From positions 806,001 through 870,000 of the forward strand of contig JASVEC010000014.1 in NCBI GenBank assembly GCA_030770535.1: 64,000 nucleotides of DNA. The letters are read 5' to 3'. The notes beneath the pieces were generated by a model, which was not told the DNA's origin, did no database searches, and saw only the letters and a list, made by a program, of their open reading frames with translations. The stretch comes from Batkoa obscura. Taxonomy: Eukaryota. The position numbers and the translations under genes are program-made. Below are positions 23,144 through 33,665 of this stretch, piece by piece (positions within the stretch are counted from its first letter, which is position 1; each line of letters starts with the position of its first letter).

Positions 23144-23250
23144 ATATGGGGATGTATTTTTGTGTTTAAGAATTTTATTAACAAATTTTCCGCTTAAATA
23201 GTGCTTAAAAAATGGAAGAAATAATGAAGTCAAAAAAAACACTCCCATAT
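23144..23250 (-). mobile_element. ~105-bp MITE copy, inverted relative to 22636
   Basis: ATAT-GGGGATGTAT...ACACTCCC-ATAT. Confidence 0.88.
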
Positions 23251-23257
23251 AATTTAT

Positions 23258-24211
23258 TTATTTATTAACTTTAAAAAAATCGACTAAAACGGAACGAATT
23301 TGAGAATGAAGACAGATGGCAAGTAAGGGGTTAGCAGCTTGAACCCAAGAATAGGTAAGGATAGTCACTAAATCTAAAGTAGTTGACCAAAGTTGAGTTG
23401 AGACAATTATCATCCACCATTCAATTAAGTTAGGGATAAATAAAGAAATATAAACCAAACAAAAGGTCATACTTTTAAATATGACTTTAACTTTAATATT
23501 AAACAAAGCCTCAACTTCATCATCTGGGATGGATTGATGATAGAAATTTATCACATCTGCTTGACCAGTTTCTAAACTGGTAAGGTCTCTAGTAATCACT
23601 CGGAATCGCTTTCTATTTTTCAGTTTGTTTGTTTTTGAGATAGTAGATATTGTGATAGAGATATAAAAGAAAAGGACAAAAAACAAACTGAGGTTAAAGA
23701 GTAAAAATTGGAAATAAAGATAATGGTTTGAAGTGGAAGGTTTTAAAGTGCAAAAACCACCAGAAGGTGAAGGCTCAAATTGGTTTCCTATCCCTGAGAG
23801 TGCAGCTAAGATAACAGCTAGCGAAAACAATATAAATAAAATAACTAAATAGAAGTGACGCTTGTAATTCTTTTGATTACATAACACTTGATAGCGTTCA
23901 AAGGCTAGTAAAAAGATTGAAATACTGCTAAGGTTGTCAACTAGACTAATTAAAATTCCACTCAATTGACAATAAAAAATAGGGATATAGTTAAAATCGA
24001 ATTCAAATATGTATTTTAAAATAGTATATGATAGATTGATTGTACTTGTTAATAAATCACTTACAGATATAAACAAAATTAATTGAATATCTAAAGTATA
24101 ATTTAATTTATTAAATAATATTATTAATATTAAAAATGTATTAATTATAATTGAACTCCCATGAGCTATTGTGACCCATATAAATAAAAGTAAATCAATA
24201 TTTGAATTCAT
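23258..24211 (-). CDS. Rhodopsin-family (class A)-like 7TM receptor
   Basis: Seven hydrophobic segments, TM2 SDLL, YCQ, LAFERY, ECL2 GGFCT, FIPN, ANPLL; intronless. Confidence 0.85.
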   Translation of the reverse strand: MNSNIDLLLFIWVTIAHGSSIIINTFLILIILFNKLNYTLDIQLILFISVSDLLTSTINLSYTILKYIFEFDFNYIPIFYCQLSGILISLVDNLSSISIFLLAFERYQVLCNQKNYKRHFYLVILFILFSLAVILAALSGIGNQFEPSPSGGFCTLKPSTSNHYLYFQFLLFNLSLFFVLFFYISITISTISKTNKLKNRKRFRVITRDLTSLETGQADVINFYHQSIPDDEVEALFNIKVKVIFKSMTFCLVYISLFIPNLIEWWMIIVSTQLWSTTLDLVTILTYSWVQAANPLLAICLHSQIRSVLVDFFKVNK

Positions 24212-25297
24212 TCATGAAATTAATATCTGTTTTTGATATTCTTTCTTTATTTATAGTCAATTTAGCTACATTATTTATACACTGTTCATTATTTATTTTA
24301 TGATACCTAACCAATTTTCTATTAGCCAATGATTCAATTAGCATTACAGAAATAAAATGAGAGTGCATATTTCTGCTTCATTTGATACTTATTCTTTTAT
24401 AAATAATATCCCCTTATTTCGGCTCAAATACTTTTTTATCTCATCTCAAAATGGATTAATATTATTTGTTAATAGATGTTTGAAGTTTAAATAACTTGAA
24501 TTTTGTATTTGTAGATTTAAACTAGCTATAATATAACATTATTTTAATTTTCAAAATATAATAAAGACAAGTCATTAATTATTCAATGTATATTAAAATA
24601 TGTCAAATATAAACTTTCCGATCAATTATGGTACATTACCACAGTTCAGCATGTAGGTTCGATTATGAAAGCAAAGTATGGTTAAATAGTCTCCCTTATT
24701 TTTAAAAAATATATAAATAAAATAGCATATATGTATAGTCGCGCAAATAAATCTAGAATAAAAGTAACTCTGTTTTAGTGGCTCCATTTGGTACACTTAA
24801 ATATTATCTCATAATATATTATTATATATATATATGTATTTTATTATGTAATTAAATATATTCGATAATAATTTGATTCAATTCTTGAATGAAATAAGAA
24901 ATTAATTTTTGATTAAATCGGAAGTATCCATTCAAGCCAACCTTTATGGTTAAATGAAACTATTCTTCATATGGGGGTGCAAACTTTAAATTGAAAACTA
25001 AATTTTTTCAATTATTTTCTATTTTTTTGGAACATTTTATAATATAAATAATAATACCATAATTATTTGAATTGTTTATGACTATTTAGTTTATAAACAA
25101 TTATATAATCTGAATCAAAATCTATATATGAAATTATAGCACTTTTTTTATTTTGTTGAGATTAAGCCAACTGAAATTAACTTGTAATCAAACCCACGAG
25201 AAAAGGTGAACAATTAAACAATTAGTTCAAACTAAAATATAAAGTGTAGTATATAAAAGCAATAAAAAATTAAAGAAAATGATAAGAATTTAAAAAA

Positions 25298-25912
25298 ATG
25301 AAAACGTTAAATACCATTTACATAATATTATATTTCTCTATCAATTTTATACTTGCCCAAACCAACGCTGGAGCAAATTCGGTGACTCCAATAAATGATA
25401 ATAACAATGCTCAAAGTTCAGCACCAGAAAGTAAAAATAACAGCCCAACTAGTACAACTAGTGTGGCAATAAGTCCTACTGGCTCAACTACTGCATCAGC
25501 TGGAGGAGATTGTAGAGCACCAACAATTTTTACAGCATGTATGGATCGAGCACAGCTTAATATCAACACATGTTTGGGAGACAATGCTTGTTTATGCAAA
25601 TTTACTAGAGAAAAAACCCTTTGCTTTGATCAATGTAAATCAGCAAATGCAGGACAAAAAGATCAATTACAAAGTGAAATGCAAAGCTATTGTAACAAAT
25701 TATCGGATTCAGATAAAAGTTCCATCATGAAGCCTTCTTCTACATATTCAGAGCCTACATTAGTAGCTTCTGGTAAGGCCCCTTCTGGTAGTAGTAAACA
25801 GAAAAAATCTGCTGGGGGAAGTGGCGGCGATGATGACTCATCTGATTCGCGTTTCAATGCTATTTCCTATGTCGCCTTTATAATAGCTACTTTTGTGCAT
25901 TTTATTTCTTAA
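25298..25912 (+). CDS. Secreted 8-Cys, Ser/Thr-rich, probably GPI-anchored cell-surface protein
   Basis: Signal peptide, S/T-rich linkers, 8-Cys domain including a CLC motif, hydrophobic C-terminus. Confidence 0.78.
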   Translation: MKTLNTIYIILYFSINFILAQTNAGANSVTPINDNNNAQSSAPESKNNSPTSTTSVAISPTGSTTASAGGDCRAPTIFTACMDRAQLNINTCLGDNACLCKFTREKTLCFDQCKSANAGQKDQLQSEMQSYCNKLSDSDKSSIMKPSSTYSEPTLVASGKAPSGSSKQKKSAGGSGGDDDSSDSRFNAISYVAFIIATFVHFIS

Positions 25913-26112
25913 ATTCAGATGTTAAAATAAAAACTGTTTATATTAATTTGGTATCTTATTTATTGGTTTTTTAAATAATTTCATATTGTTTAATTTAATT
26001 GTACAAATCAGATATTAGATATAATGGTTATAGATGATAACTTTTAATGAATTTTAAAATATGTGTACAAGATCAGTAAATGTGATATCTTTATTAAAAT
26101 TAAATATGGCTG

Positions 26113-26512
26113 TGTGAAATCTGGTACTCAGGGTTTGGAGTCAAGAACAGCTATTGCTGGGTTGACTACACTATAAGTCGAAAGGTCTTAGTTTATGTAA
26201 CTAAGATAGACTTGGATTATGAGGAATAGCACGTAATAGGTTACAAGCTATATAAGACAAATAGAATAGACAATACTAATGTAAAATCTATGTAAAATAA
26301 TATTAAGAAAACTTAGTGGCTTTATTAAATGTTCGAGATATCAGGGATTAATTCAGTTAAAAAGCCTCGAACTATTATACTCTGTAAACTCTTTTATACT
26401 CTGAAAAGTATAAGTATCAAAATGAGAAGATAATATTCTTTTGGGCGGAACTAGAAATTCTCATAACAAATCAAAATAATTAACCATGGGACTGACGAAG
26501 CGATATTTCACA
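26113..26512 (-). repeat. 3' LTR (400 bp)
   Basis: TGTGAAAT...ATTTCACA; no differences from 33266-33665 found by eye. Confidence 0.96.
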
Positions 26513-26523
26513 TTTCCCTCCCT
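26513..26523 (-). promoter_or_regulatory. Polypurine tract
   Basis: AGGGAGGGAAA on the minus strand immediately before the 3' LTR. Confidence 0.85.
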
Positions 26524-26609
26524 ATGATTTGATATAGTGAATTTTTATGGCTTACTTACCGAGAACCTATGAGATGGAATTTGACTAGTTACAAATTGTA
26601 TTGATTGAA

Positions 26610-29600
26610 TCACATTGCTGATTTGAGAAACTTGGCATGGACTCGGTTATATATAACGCTTGTTCGTTTATGTTTAATTGAATAGCTATCATACAAGTGT
26701 TTATGTATGACTTCATATGGTCCATCCCATTTCAATGCTAATTTATTTTTTCTAGATTGATTATAGGAAGGGTACAGATGAACGATATCACCTACTTTGA
26801 AGACGGCTAGACGAGGAAGTCGAGAAATATCTTGTCGATACCTCCTTGTTTTCGAGTCTGTCAATGCATTAAAGGCGTCAACTTGGATAGCTATTAATTT
26901 TTTTGTTAGCTTAAGCAAGTACATGTCAGGACTCATCTCTTCTTGTCTAACCATCAAAGGAGCGAATGATATGGGGAGTCCCGGATGTCTCCCATAAAGC
27001 ATAACAAAAGGGGATTTTTTGGTAATACTATGTACTGAATATCTATATGCTAAAATAGCAGAATGTAGATATTCATCCCAAGAGCTAGTTTTATCGAAAG
27101 CCAGCTTCCTTAGTATACGTACTAGTGTACCATTTACTCTCTCAACCATTCCGTTAGTTTCAGGGTGATATGGAGCTGCAGTAGAATGCTTTATGGCCAT
27201 TAGTCTAGCTAATTTCGGGAGAACCAGGTTAACAAAATTGGCAGCGTTATCAGTAAGTATCACCTGAGGGCTTCCATGCCTACAAATAATATCTTCGTAT
27301 ATAAATTTAGATATGTGAAAGGAAGTCTGATTTGGTATTGCTTTAGCTTCAACCCATTTAGTTAGATGGTCGATAGCTACAACAATAAATTTGTTCCCTC
27401 TTACCGAGGAGGCCTCACAGAGAGGACCTATTACATCTATACTTACCGTGTGAAATGCATGTTTAGGTAAAATAAACTTATAGGCTGTAGCTTTTATTTT
27501 ACTTTGTTCCCTCTTGCAAACATCGCAATTATTTATAAAGTCTTCCAAATCTGGTATCATTGATTCCCAATAGCAGGAGACTTTCATAGTATCGTATGTT
27601 TTTTGGAAGGCTGAATGTCCACAGATTACATCATGGAATTGTTGGCATGCAGATAGTCGTGAAGAAGGCCTAATATATGGAATATATGTTCCCTTAATCT
27701 TTTTATACAAGGCATTATCTCTTACAATGATATTTTGAGCGTTTTTCTCAAGCCATTGTTTGAGTTCAGGCTGCTGCTGCGGCCATTTATCTTTATTACC
27801 CAATAGATTGTACAAATCATCATCTATGGGGGTAGCTAGACAAATTCTGGGCAACCTGCTAAGCCCATCTGCATTTTGATGATCTTTACCTGGTTTATAT
27901 ACTATATCAAAACTATACGATTGTAGTTTTAGAGCCCACCTAGCTAAACGTCCTTCAGGATTAGTGATTGAATACAACCATTTTAGGGAAACATGATCGG
28001 TAATAACAGTAAAGTGAGTGCCGTAGATATACGGTCTAAATGCCTTTATAGCATGAATAATTGCAAGGCATTCTTTCTCTGTTGTAGTGTAGTTCCTTTC
28101 GTGTTTCGACAAGGTCCTAGAGGTATAGGCTATTGGGTGTTCACAATTGTTATCATCGAGTTGACTTAAAACACCTCCAACTGCAGTTAGACTAGCGTCA
28201 GTATGTAGTGAGAAGGGCTTTGAGAAATTTGGAAACATCAATACTGGGGCGTTAAGCAGCTTGTTGCGAAGCTCTTCAAAAGCTTGTTGGTGTTCTTCCT
28301 TCCATTGAAACTTGACTTCTTTCTTTAGTAATTGGAACAGTGGGGTAGCTAAATTCGAAAAGTCTTTTATAAACCTTCGATAATAATTCATTAATCCAAG
28401 GAACACTTGTACCTCCCGCATTGTAGTTGGGGGGAGAAGCTCCTTTACTGCATCTAGTTTATTTGGAATAGGGGCTAGTCCTTTGTCAGAGACTTTATAG
28501 CCTAGAAATTCCAGACTAGTTTGGAAGAATGAACACTTCTTTGGTTTTAACTTTAGATTGGCTTGACGGAGGCGCTCAAATACTGCTTTAAGATGAGTTA
28601 AGTGATCTACAAAAGTTCTTGAAAACACATTCAAGTCATCTAAGTAAATTAATACACACGAAAGTTTAAGGTCACCTAGTGTATTATCCATAAGACGCTG
28701 GAATGTAGCGGGAGCGTTCGAAAGGCCTTGTGGCATCCTAGTTGGTTGAAATAGTCCTTCAGAAGTTATTAAAGCGCACTTTTCTTGGTCTTCTGGATCC
28801 ATTTCTACCTGCCAGTATCCTGAGATTAAATCCATTGCTGAAAAGTATTTAGCACCTTGTAATCGGTCAACCGCATCGTCTATTCTGGGTAGAGGGTATA
28901 CATCTTTCTTTGTGATTTTGTTAAGCTTTCTATAGTCCATAACTACTCTATTAGTTCCATCTTTTTTCTTAACGATCATAAGGGGGGAGGCCCATGGACT
29001 ATTTGAAGGAATGATTAAACCTAGCCTTAAGAGTTTTTGAACTTCTTCTCGTTCTGCTTTGAGTTCAGATTGAGATTTACGATATGCTTTAGTTGCGACG
29101 GGTAATGAATCACATGTATATACTTTATGTTTAGTATTGCGAGCGCAACCAATATCTTCTTCTGAAGTTGCGAATATGTCTTTATATTCCTCCAGCAATT
29201 TATAAAATTGGAGTTGCTCATCTTGGTTTAGATGGTTAATAGTGTCTTTTTCCACAAAAAGGGCTTGGTTATTTGGGGCCTCTTCGTGAATTTGAAATTC
29301 TTCTAGTGTTGCAAATTTACTGAAAGTATTAATCAAGGCGTTGTTTTCTACGTATATCGTGCCAATCTGTTGGCATCTAGAGATATTGATTTCTTTTTTG
29401 GTAATGTTTGCAAGTAATAACTTGATAGTCTCATTCATGTTGTTGCCTAAAATTCCGGGCATAGTTAGTGGTTCTAATTGTGAGACACCTTCTATACTAT
29501 ATATAGATAAATGGAATTCCTTAGGTATCCATAGTGAGATCTCAGTATCTAATACTATCTGTGACTTAGGCGGTATTAATAAGTTCTTAGGAGAAATAAC

Positions 29601-30632
29601 GGGAATTCCAGACTGTTTATATGCTATCTCCGGATATTGATGAATTACGGATTCTGATCCGCAGAGAGTGACATCAATTAATTTATTGTTGGTCCGATAG
29701 TTCATTATACGGCAGCCAGGAGATTTATTGTTTATCATATTGATAGATAGGTCTCTTGGTTTATTGTAGTACATTGGGATGGATTGATCTAATATTTTTA
29801 AGATATTTTGATCGTACAACAATTGACAACCGTGTTTCACAAAGAATTCGGTGCCTAGGAGGAAGTCATAACCTTCACTTTCTAATACTATTGCTGGAAA
29901 GGCTAAGGTTAGTTTTCCAAATTTGATTGGTATTGATGAGTATGCTCCTAGTGCTGTAGTAGTTCCAGTTCCAGCTGTACCAAAGGTGTCTGAGCAATCT
30001 ATATCTGGTTTAAAGGATAATCGTTTTACCAGACGACTCGATATGAAATTGATAGGAGCTCCACTATCTAATATGATGCGTACATTCTTTTTATAAATTG
30101 ACGCATTGATGTAAGTACAATCGATGGAGTTAGCTTTGTCATCGAGGTTTACTAAAAGAATCTGTTTATTTGGATTCTGGTATTCTCTAATAATTTTTCT
30201 AAATGCAATTGCTAAGTCTGATTCTCCAGTTAAGATCTTGTCTAGCGGGATTGGGATCGTAACATTGGTTAACCACTGATGCGTGTTATCTAGTTCGCTT
30301 TGTGTGAGGGATAGTTTAGATAAATCAGATAATTGTGAGATGTAAGGTTTGGAGATCTCGTTCATTGGAATCGAATCAGGAGCATTAATAGAGTTATCAG
30401 GTAGCTTGAAAATTCGAGGTGGAATGACTTTAGGGATTTCCACAACAGGGACTTTTTTCTTTTTAGGTCTACCACGAATTCGCGAAGGAAGTGCTAGGAT
30501 GAGGGTAGAGGGGTCAAATTTTGAAAGCGTATTAACTTTAAGGTCTAATCCAGTGCTTTCATCTGGATCAGGAGGAATTTTTAACTTCGTGGAAGGGGGA
30601 TCCTCATTTATCCTCCCACTTAGAAGTTTTTT
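26610..30632 (-). CDS. pol: Pol polyprotein (protease, dUTPase-like, RT, RNase H, integrase), reached by -1 frameshift
   Basis: ILDSGA; SPWASP, DYRKLN, YLDDL; LHTDAS, EKECLA; HHCC, SIDVIGP/LTDNA/VERVN, GPY. The frame stays open upstream of the listed 30443 start back to ~30638. Confidence 0.95.
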   Translation of the reverse strand, partial: KKLLSGRINEDPPSTKLKIPPDPDESTGLDLKVNTLSKFDPSTLILALPSRIRGRPKKKKVPVVEIPKVIPPRIFKLPDNSINAPDSIPMNEISKPYISQLSDLSKLSLTQSELDNTHQWLTNVTIPIPLDKILTGESDLAIAFRKIIREYQNPNKQILLVNLDDKANSIDCTYINASIYKKNVRIILDSGAPINFISSRLVKRLSFKPDIDCSDTFGTAGTGTTTALGAYSSIPIKFGKLTLAFPAIVLESEGYDFLLGTEFFVKHGCQLLYDQNILKILDQSIPMYYNKPRDLSINMINNKSPGCRIMNYRTNNKLIDVTLCGSESVIHQYPEIAYKQSGIPVISPKNLLIPPKSQIVLDTEISLWIPKEFHLSIYSIEGVSQLEPLTMPGILGNNMNETIKLLLANITKKEINISRCQQIGTIYVENNALINTFSKFATLEEFQIHEEAPNNQALFVEKDTINHLNQDEQLQFYKLLEEYKDIFATSEEDIGCARNTKHKVYTCDSLPVATKAYRKSQSELKAEREEVQKLLRLGLIIPSNSPWASPLMIVKKKDGTNRVVMDYRKLNKITKKDVYPLPRIDDAVDRLQGAKYFSAMDLISGYWQVEMDPEDQEKCALITSEGLFQPTRMPQGLSNAPATFQRLMDNTLGDLKLSCVLIYLDDLNVFSRTFVDHLTHLKAVFERLRQANLKLKPKKCSFFQTSLEFLGYKVSDKGLAPIPNKLDAVKELLPPTTMREVQVFLGLMNYYRRFIKDFSNLATPLFQLLKKEVKFQWKEEHQQAFEELRNKLLNAPVLMFPNFSKPFSLHTDASLTAVGGVLSQLDDNNCEHPIAYTSRTLSKHERNYTTTEKECLAIIHAIKAFRPYIYGTHFTVITDHVSLKWLYSITNPEGRLARWALKLQSYSFDIVYKPGKDHQNADGLSRLPRICLATPIDDDLYNLLGNKDKWPQQQPELKQWLEKNAQNIIVRDNALYKKIKGTYIPYIRPSSRLSACQQFHDVICGHSAFQKTYDTMKVSCYWESMIPDLEDFINNCDVCKREQSKIKATAYKFILPKHAFHTVSIDVIGPLCEASSVRGNKFIVVAIDHLTKWVEAKAIPNQTSFHISKFIYEDIICRHGSPQVILTDNAANFVNLVLPKLARLMAIKHSTAAPYHPETNGMVERVNGTLVRILRKLAFDKTSSWDEYLHSAILAYRYSVHSITKKSPFVMLYGRHPGLPISFAPLMVRQEEMSPDMYLLKLTKKLIAIQVDAFNALTDSKTRRYRQDISRLPRLAVFKVGDIVHLYPSYNQSRKNKLALKWDGPYEVIHKHLYDSYSIKHKRTSVIYNRVHAKFLKSAM
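30589..30632 (-). promoter_or_regulatory. -1 programmed ribosomal frameshift signal
   Basis: A_AAA_AAC slippery heptamer (30632-30626) in gag frame, 6-nt spacer, then GTGGGAGG...CCTTCCAC 8-bp stem. Confidence 0.85.
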
Positions 30633-33136
30633 GACTCGTTATCGGAGTCGACAAACTTCTCAGTATCATCGCCTTCAGTATCGTTATAATTGAGGTGATT
30701 TATTTGTTTATTTTTATTGAAACGTTCATTGTTGCGAACATTCTTTTCGAAATAATATTTAAAAATACCATTTTCTGGCTTTGGTTCAGTGCAGTTAACG
30801 GTAATGTGTCCATATTCACCACAGTTCCAGCATCCAGTAAATACTCGAGATTTACGATGGTTGGAGTAGTGTTGTTGAGTGATGGTAAAACAATGAAGGT
30901 ATTCGTTGTTGTCCATCCCTTTATCTATGTGATTAACATATAATTTCTTGGGTCTAACTTCACTTTTTGGACTTCCAAGGTATAATTCTAAAATCTCTAT
31001 CATCTGTGTAACGTTGGTGATGTTATGATGAGGATCTAGAAAAAGGCATGCGATATGACTTGGAAGGTTTCGCTGGAAGGCCAGGCGGAGGTCTGTAACG
31101 CTTAACTTTCCACAGGAAATTAAGGCATTAGCACGATTTCTTACGTTTGTAATGAAACTCTCAAGTTTACTTTCGTCGTCTAAACGTAAAGATAAGAGGG
31201 CTGCCTTTTTTGCTTCCATTTTTACATCGGAATCATAATGGTCTATAAACGCCTTTTTGAAGGAATCCCAATTACTGCGTAAGTCGTCAGGTAAAGTCAT
31301 GCACCAAGAAAGTTCATTTGTTTGTAGTTGACCTAAAAGGCATTGAGGACGACATTCATAGGTCCAGTTGTTGGCATCGAGATGAACTTCTAGAGCTTTA
31401 ATGAAGGTAGTAGCAGTAATTTCACTTGGATTGAATAAAAGACTAAAATTAAACTTTGTGTTAACAGGTTGGGAGCTTCTTGGGTAGTTGTGGCGGTGTG
31501 TTGAGAAGCTATGTGATTTTGGATCGTTACCAGAAGGTCCAGGATGACTAAAATAAGCGTCATGGGTATTGTGTGATATACCATGATCATGTTGAACAGT
31601 AATCGGATCGGCTTGTACATAGTGAGGTGAAGATTTCTCATAGGATATATGTTGAGCGATTTGAGGAGCAATATGTGATGACTTATTTTTGTTAAAAGGA
31701 TTGGCTAGGTTGACTTCAGTATAAGATTGTACACGAGGTCGTATTGGATCAGCGTTAGATCCTGTAGCAGGATTTCTTGAGTAAATACCATCAGTAGGTA
31801 CAGCAGTCATTCTAGGATTTGATTGGGGTAGGTATGTGGAAACTTGAGGAGAGTTCTCTTCTTTCTTTGTTTGATCATCCGGTTGTACCAAGTGAACAGA
31901 ACCATGATACTTATGGTTTATTTGATATTCAGTACCAAAGATAGATTCTGTGGCACTATCACCCAGATCATATATATTGTATCTTGGAACGTCTCTGTAA
32001 CTCGAGAGTCTGGAGGGAGGTGCTGAAACAGCAATACGCTCCTTTCTACAATTGCAAGAAGATGCCTTGATTTGGTTAGTATTGGAAGCTACCTTAGTCT
32101 GAAGAAGAATGAGCTCTTCTCTGGTACTCTGTATGTTACGCGAGATTTCCTCCCAGTCAACTACTGTTTGTTCTTTGTCCAGTCTAATTTGTTCCTTCAA
32201 ATTATTATTGGAGGTGATAAGCTGGCTAATGGTAGTCACTTGTTGAGCCATTTGTTCATTACAAACAGCTAAATCTTGTTCTAAAGCCAAGATTCTAGCA
32301 TCTTTGGTTGAAGTAGATGGAGGGGATTGTTCAATACAGGATAAGCGGTGATTATACTCTTTGAATTTATTCATTAGCGATCTATGGAGTTCTGCGAAAG
32401 TGGCTTTTGTTTTTCCGTCGATATCTGAGATTCTTTCAGTAGTATGGTCATTGATCTCAGTGAGGGAAAGGTTGATCTCATCGGAGATTTTAACAAGTTC
32501 AGAATGTAGAGCAGTATCGAGCTGACGTAATTCAGCTTTGAGATCTCCTGCTTCTCTTACTAATTCTCTGTGGGCTTCATAGGTAACGGTGTTATTAAGT
32601 CTTTGATTGAGCTCATTTAACTTACTAACATGGAGTTCATTTGAAGGGGCGATGACACCACTCTTTTGGTTACTGATCATGGAAAGGTTGTTAACCGTAG
32701 CTAAAAGTGAGCTCAAAGAGGTAGACAATTCATTGTTATGAATTGAAAGACGGTCGAGTTCACCAACCATCTGGATGAGTTTGTTGTGCAGGAACTCTAC
32801 TAGATATTGTTGAACGTGGGAAAGGGTAGGTACCGTTTGGTACTGGGCACGAAAATTGATTTGAGTACTGGAGCCACTATTTTGGTATTGTCTCCAAGCG
32901 GAGAGGTCACCATCAAGGACGTGCATAGGGACAGCTCCGTAGGTAACGACTGAGTTTACAACGTGAGGAGGTAGTGCAGCTTGATTTAAAGCAGCAGTTT
33001 CTATTTCTGGGGTCAGAACACTAGCTTCCTCTTCATCACTACTACCCATGTCGTATTCAGTGATGATCAACTGTTGACGGTTATCAAGAAGGTATTTTGA
33101 GTCCGCAAAATAAGGTGCAAGACCATTGTCGACCAT
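30620..33136 (-). CDS. gag: Gag (838 aa; long coiled-coil N-terminus, capsid-like region, CCHC knuckle)
   Basis: WDSFKKAFIDHY retrotrans_gag-like motif; CWNCGEYGHITVNC zinc knuckle. Confidence 0.92.
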   Translation of the reverse strand: MVDNGLAPYFADSKYLLDNRQQLIITEYDMGSSDEEEASVLTPEIETAALNQAALPPHVVNSVVTYGAVPMHVLDGDLSAWRQYQNSGSSTQINFRAQYQTVPTLSHVQQYLVEFLHNKLIQMVGELDRLSIHNNELSTSLSSLLATVNNLSMISNQKSGVIAPSNELHVSKLNELNQRLNNTVTYEAHRELVREAGDLKAELRQLDTALHSELVKISDEINLSLTEINDHTTERISDIDGKTKATFAELHRSLMNKFKEYNHRLSCIEQSPPSTSTKDARILALEQDLAVCNEQMAQQVTTISQLITSNNNLKEQIRLDKEQTVVDWEEISRNIQSTREELILLQTKVASNTNQIKASSCNCRKERIAVSAPPSRLSSYRDVPRYNIYDLGDSATESIFGTEYQINHKYHGSVHLVQPDDQTKKEENSPQVSTYLPQSNPRMTAVPTDGIYSRNPATGSNADPIRPRVQSYTEVNLANPFNKNKSSHIAPQIAQHISYEKSSPHYVQADPITVQHDHGISHNTHDAYFSHPGPSGNDPKSHSFSTHRHNYPRSSQPVNTKFNFSLLFNPSEITATTFIKALEVHLDANNWTYECRPQCLLGQLQTNELSWCMTLPDDLRSNWDSFKKAFIDHYDSDVKMEAKKAALLSLRLDDESKLESFITNVRNRANALISCGKLSVTDLRLAFQRNLPSHIACLFLDPHHNITNVTQMIEILELYLGSPKSEVRPKKLYVNHIDKGMDNNEYLHCFTITQQHYSNHRKSRVFTGCWNCGEYGHITVNCTEPKPENGIFKYYFEKNVRNNERFNKNKQINHLNYNDTEGDDTEKFVDSDNESKNF

Positions 33137-33246
33137 AGTTGAGAATTAAGGAGGTTAAGGGGGTTTTTCTTTGTTTGGGGTGGTTACGCGGTAAGGACCG
33201 TAAAGGAAAGATTATAAAGGCTATCTAAAATAGTTATAAGAGCTTT

Positions 33247-33263
33247 CCCAGTTATGAGCGCCA
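33247..33263 (-). promoter_or_regulatory. Primer-binding site
   Basis: TGGCGCTCATAACTGGG 2 nt downstream of the 5' LTR; complementary to a tRNA-like 3' end (...TATGAGC-G-CCA). tRNA identity not determined. Confidence 0.75.
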
Positions 33264-33265
33264 AA

Positions 33266-33665
33266 TGTGAAATCTGGTACTCAGGGTTTGGAGTCAAGAA
33301 CAGCTATTGCTGGGTTGACTACACTATAAGTCGAAAGGTCTTAGTTTATGTAACTAAGATAGACTTGGATTATGAGGAATAGCACGTAATAGGTTACAAG
33401 CTATATAAGACAAATAGAATAGACAATACTAATGTAAAATCTATGTAAAATAATATTAAGAAAACTTAGTGGCTTTATTAAATGTTCGAGATATCAGGGA
33501 TTAATTCAGTTAAAAAGCCTCGAACTATTATACTCTGTAAACTCTTTTATACTCTGAAAAGTATAAGTATCAAAATGAGAAGATAATATTCTTTTGGGCG
33601 GAACTAGAAATTCTCATAACAAATCAAAATAATTAACCATGGGACTGACGAAGCGATATTTCACA
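33266..33665 (-). repeat. 5' LTR (400 bp)
   Basis: Identical by eye to 26113-26512. Confidence 0.96.

Larger units (their letters stand above)
26113..33665 (-). mobile_element. Full-length Ty3/gypsy LTR retrotransposon (7553 bp), TSD GCTG
   Basis: Two 400-bp LTRs, GCTG on both flanks, PBS, PPT, gag, and pol in PR-RT-RH-IN order. Confidence 0.97.

Noticed and set aside
23258..24211. 7TM proteins as opsins
   Set aside because: No lysine in TM7 of any of the three receptors.
24969..25000. ATATGGGGGTGC resembling another transposon end
   Set aside because: No partner end or internal similarity found nearby.
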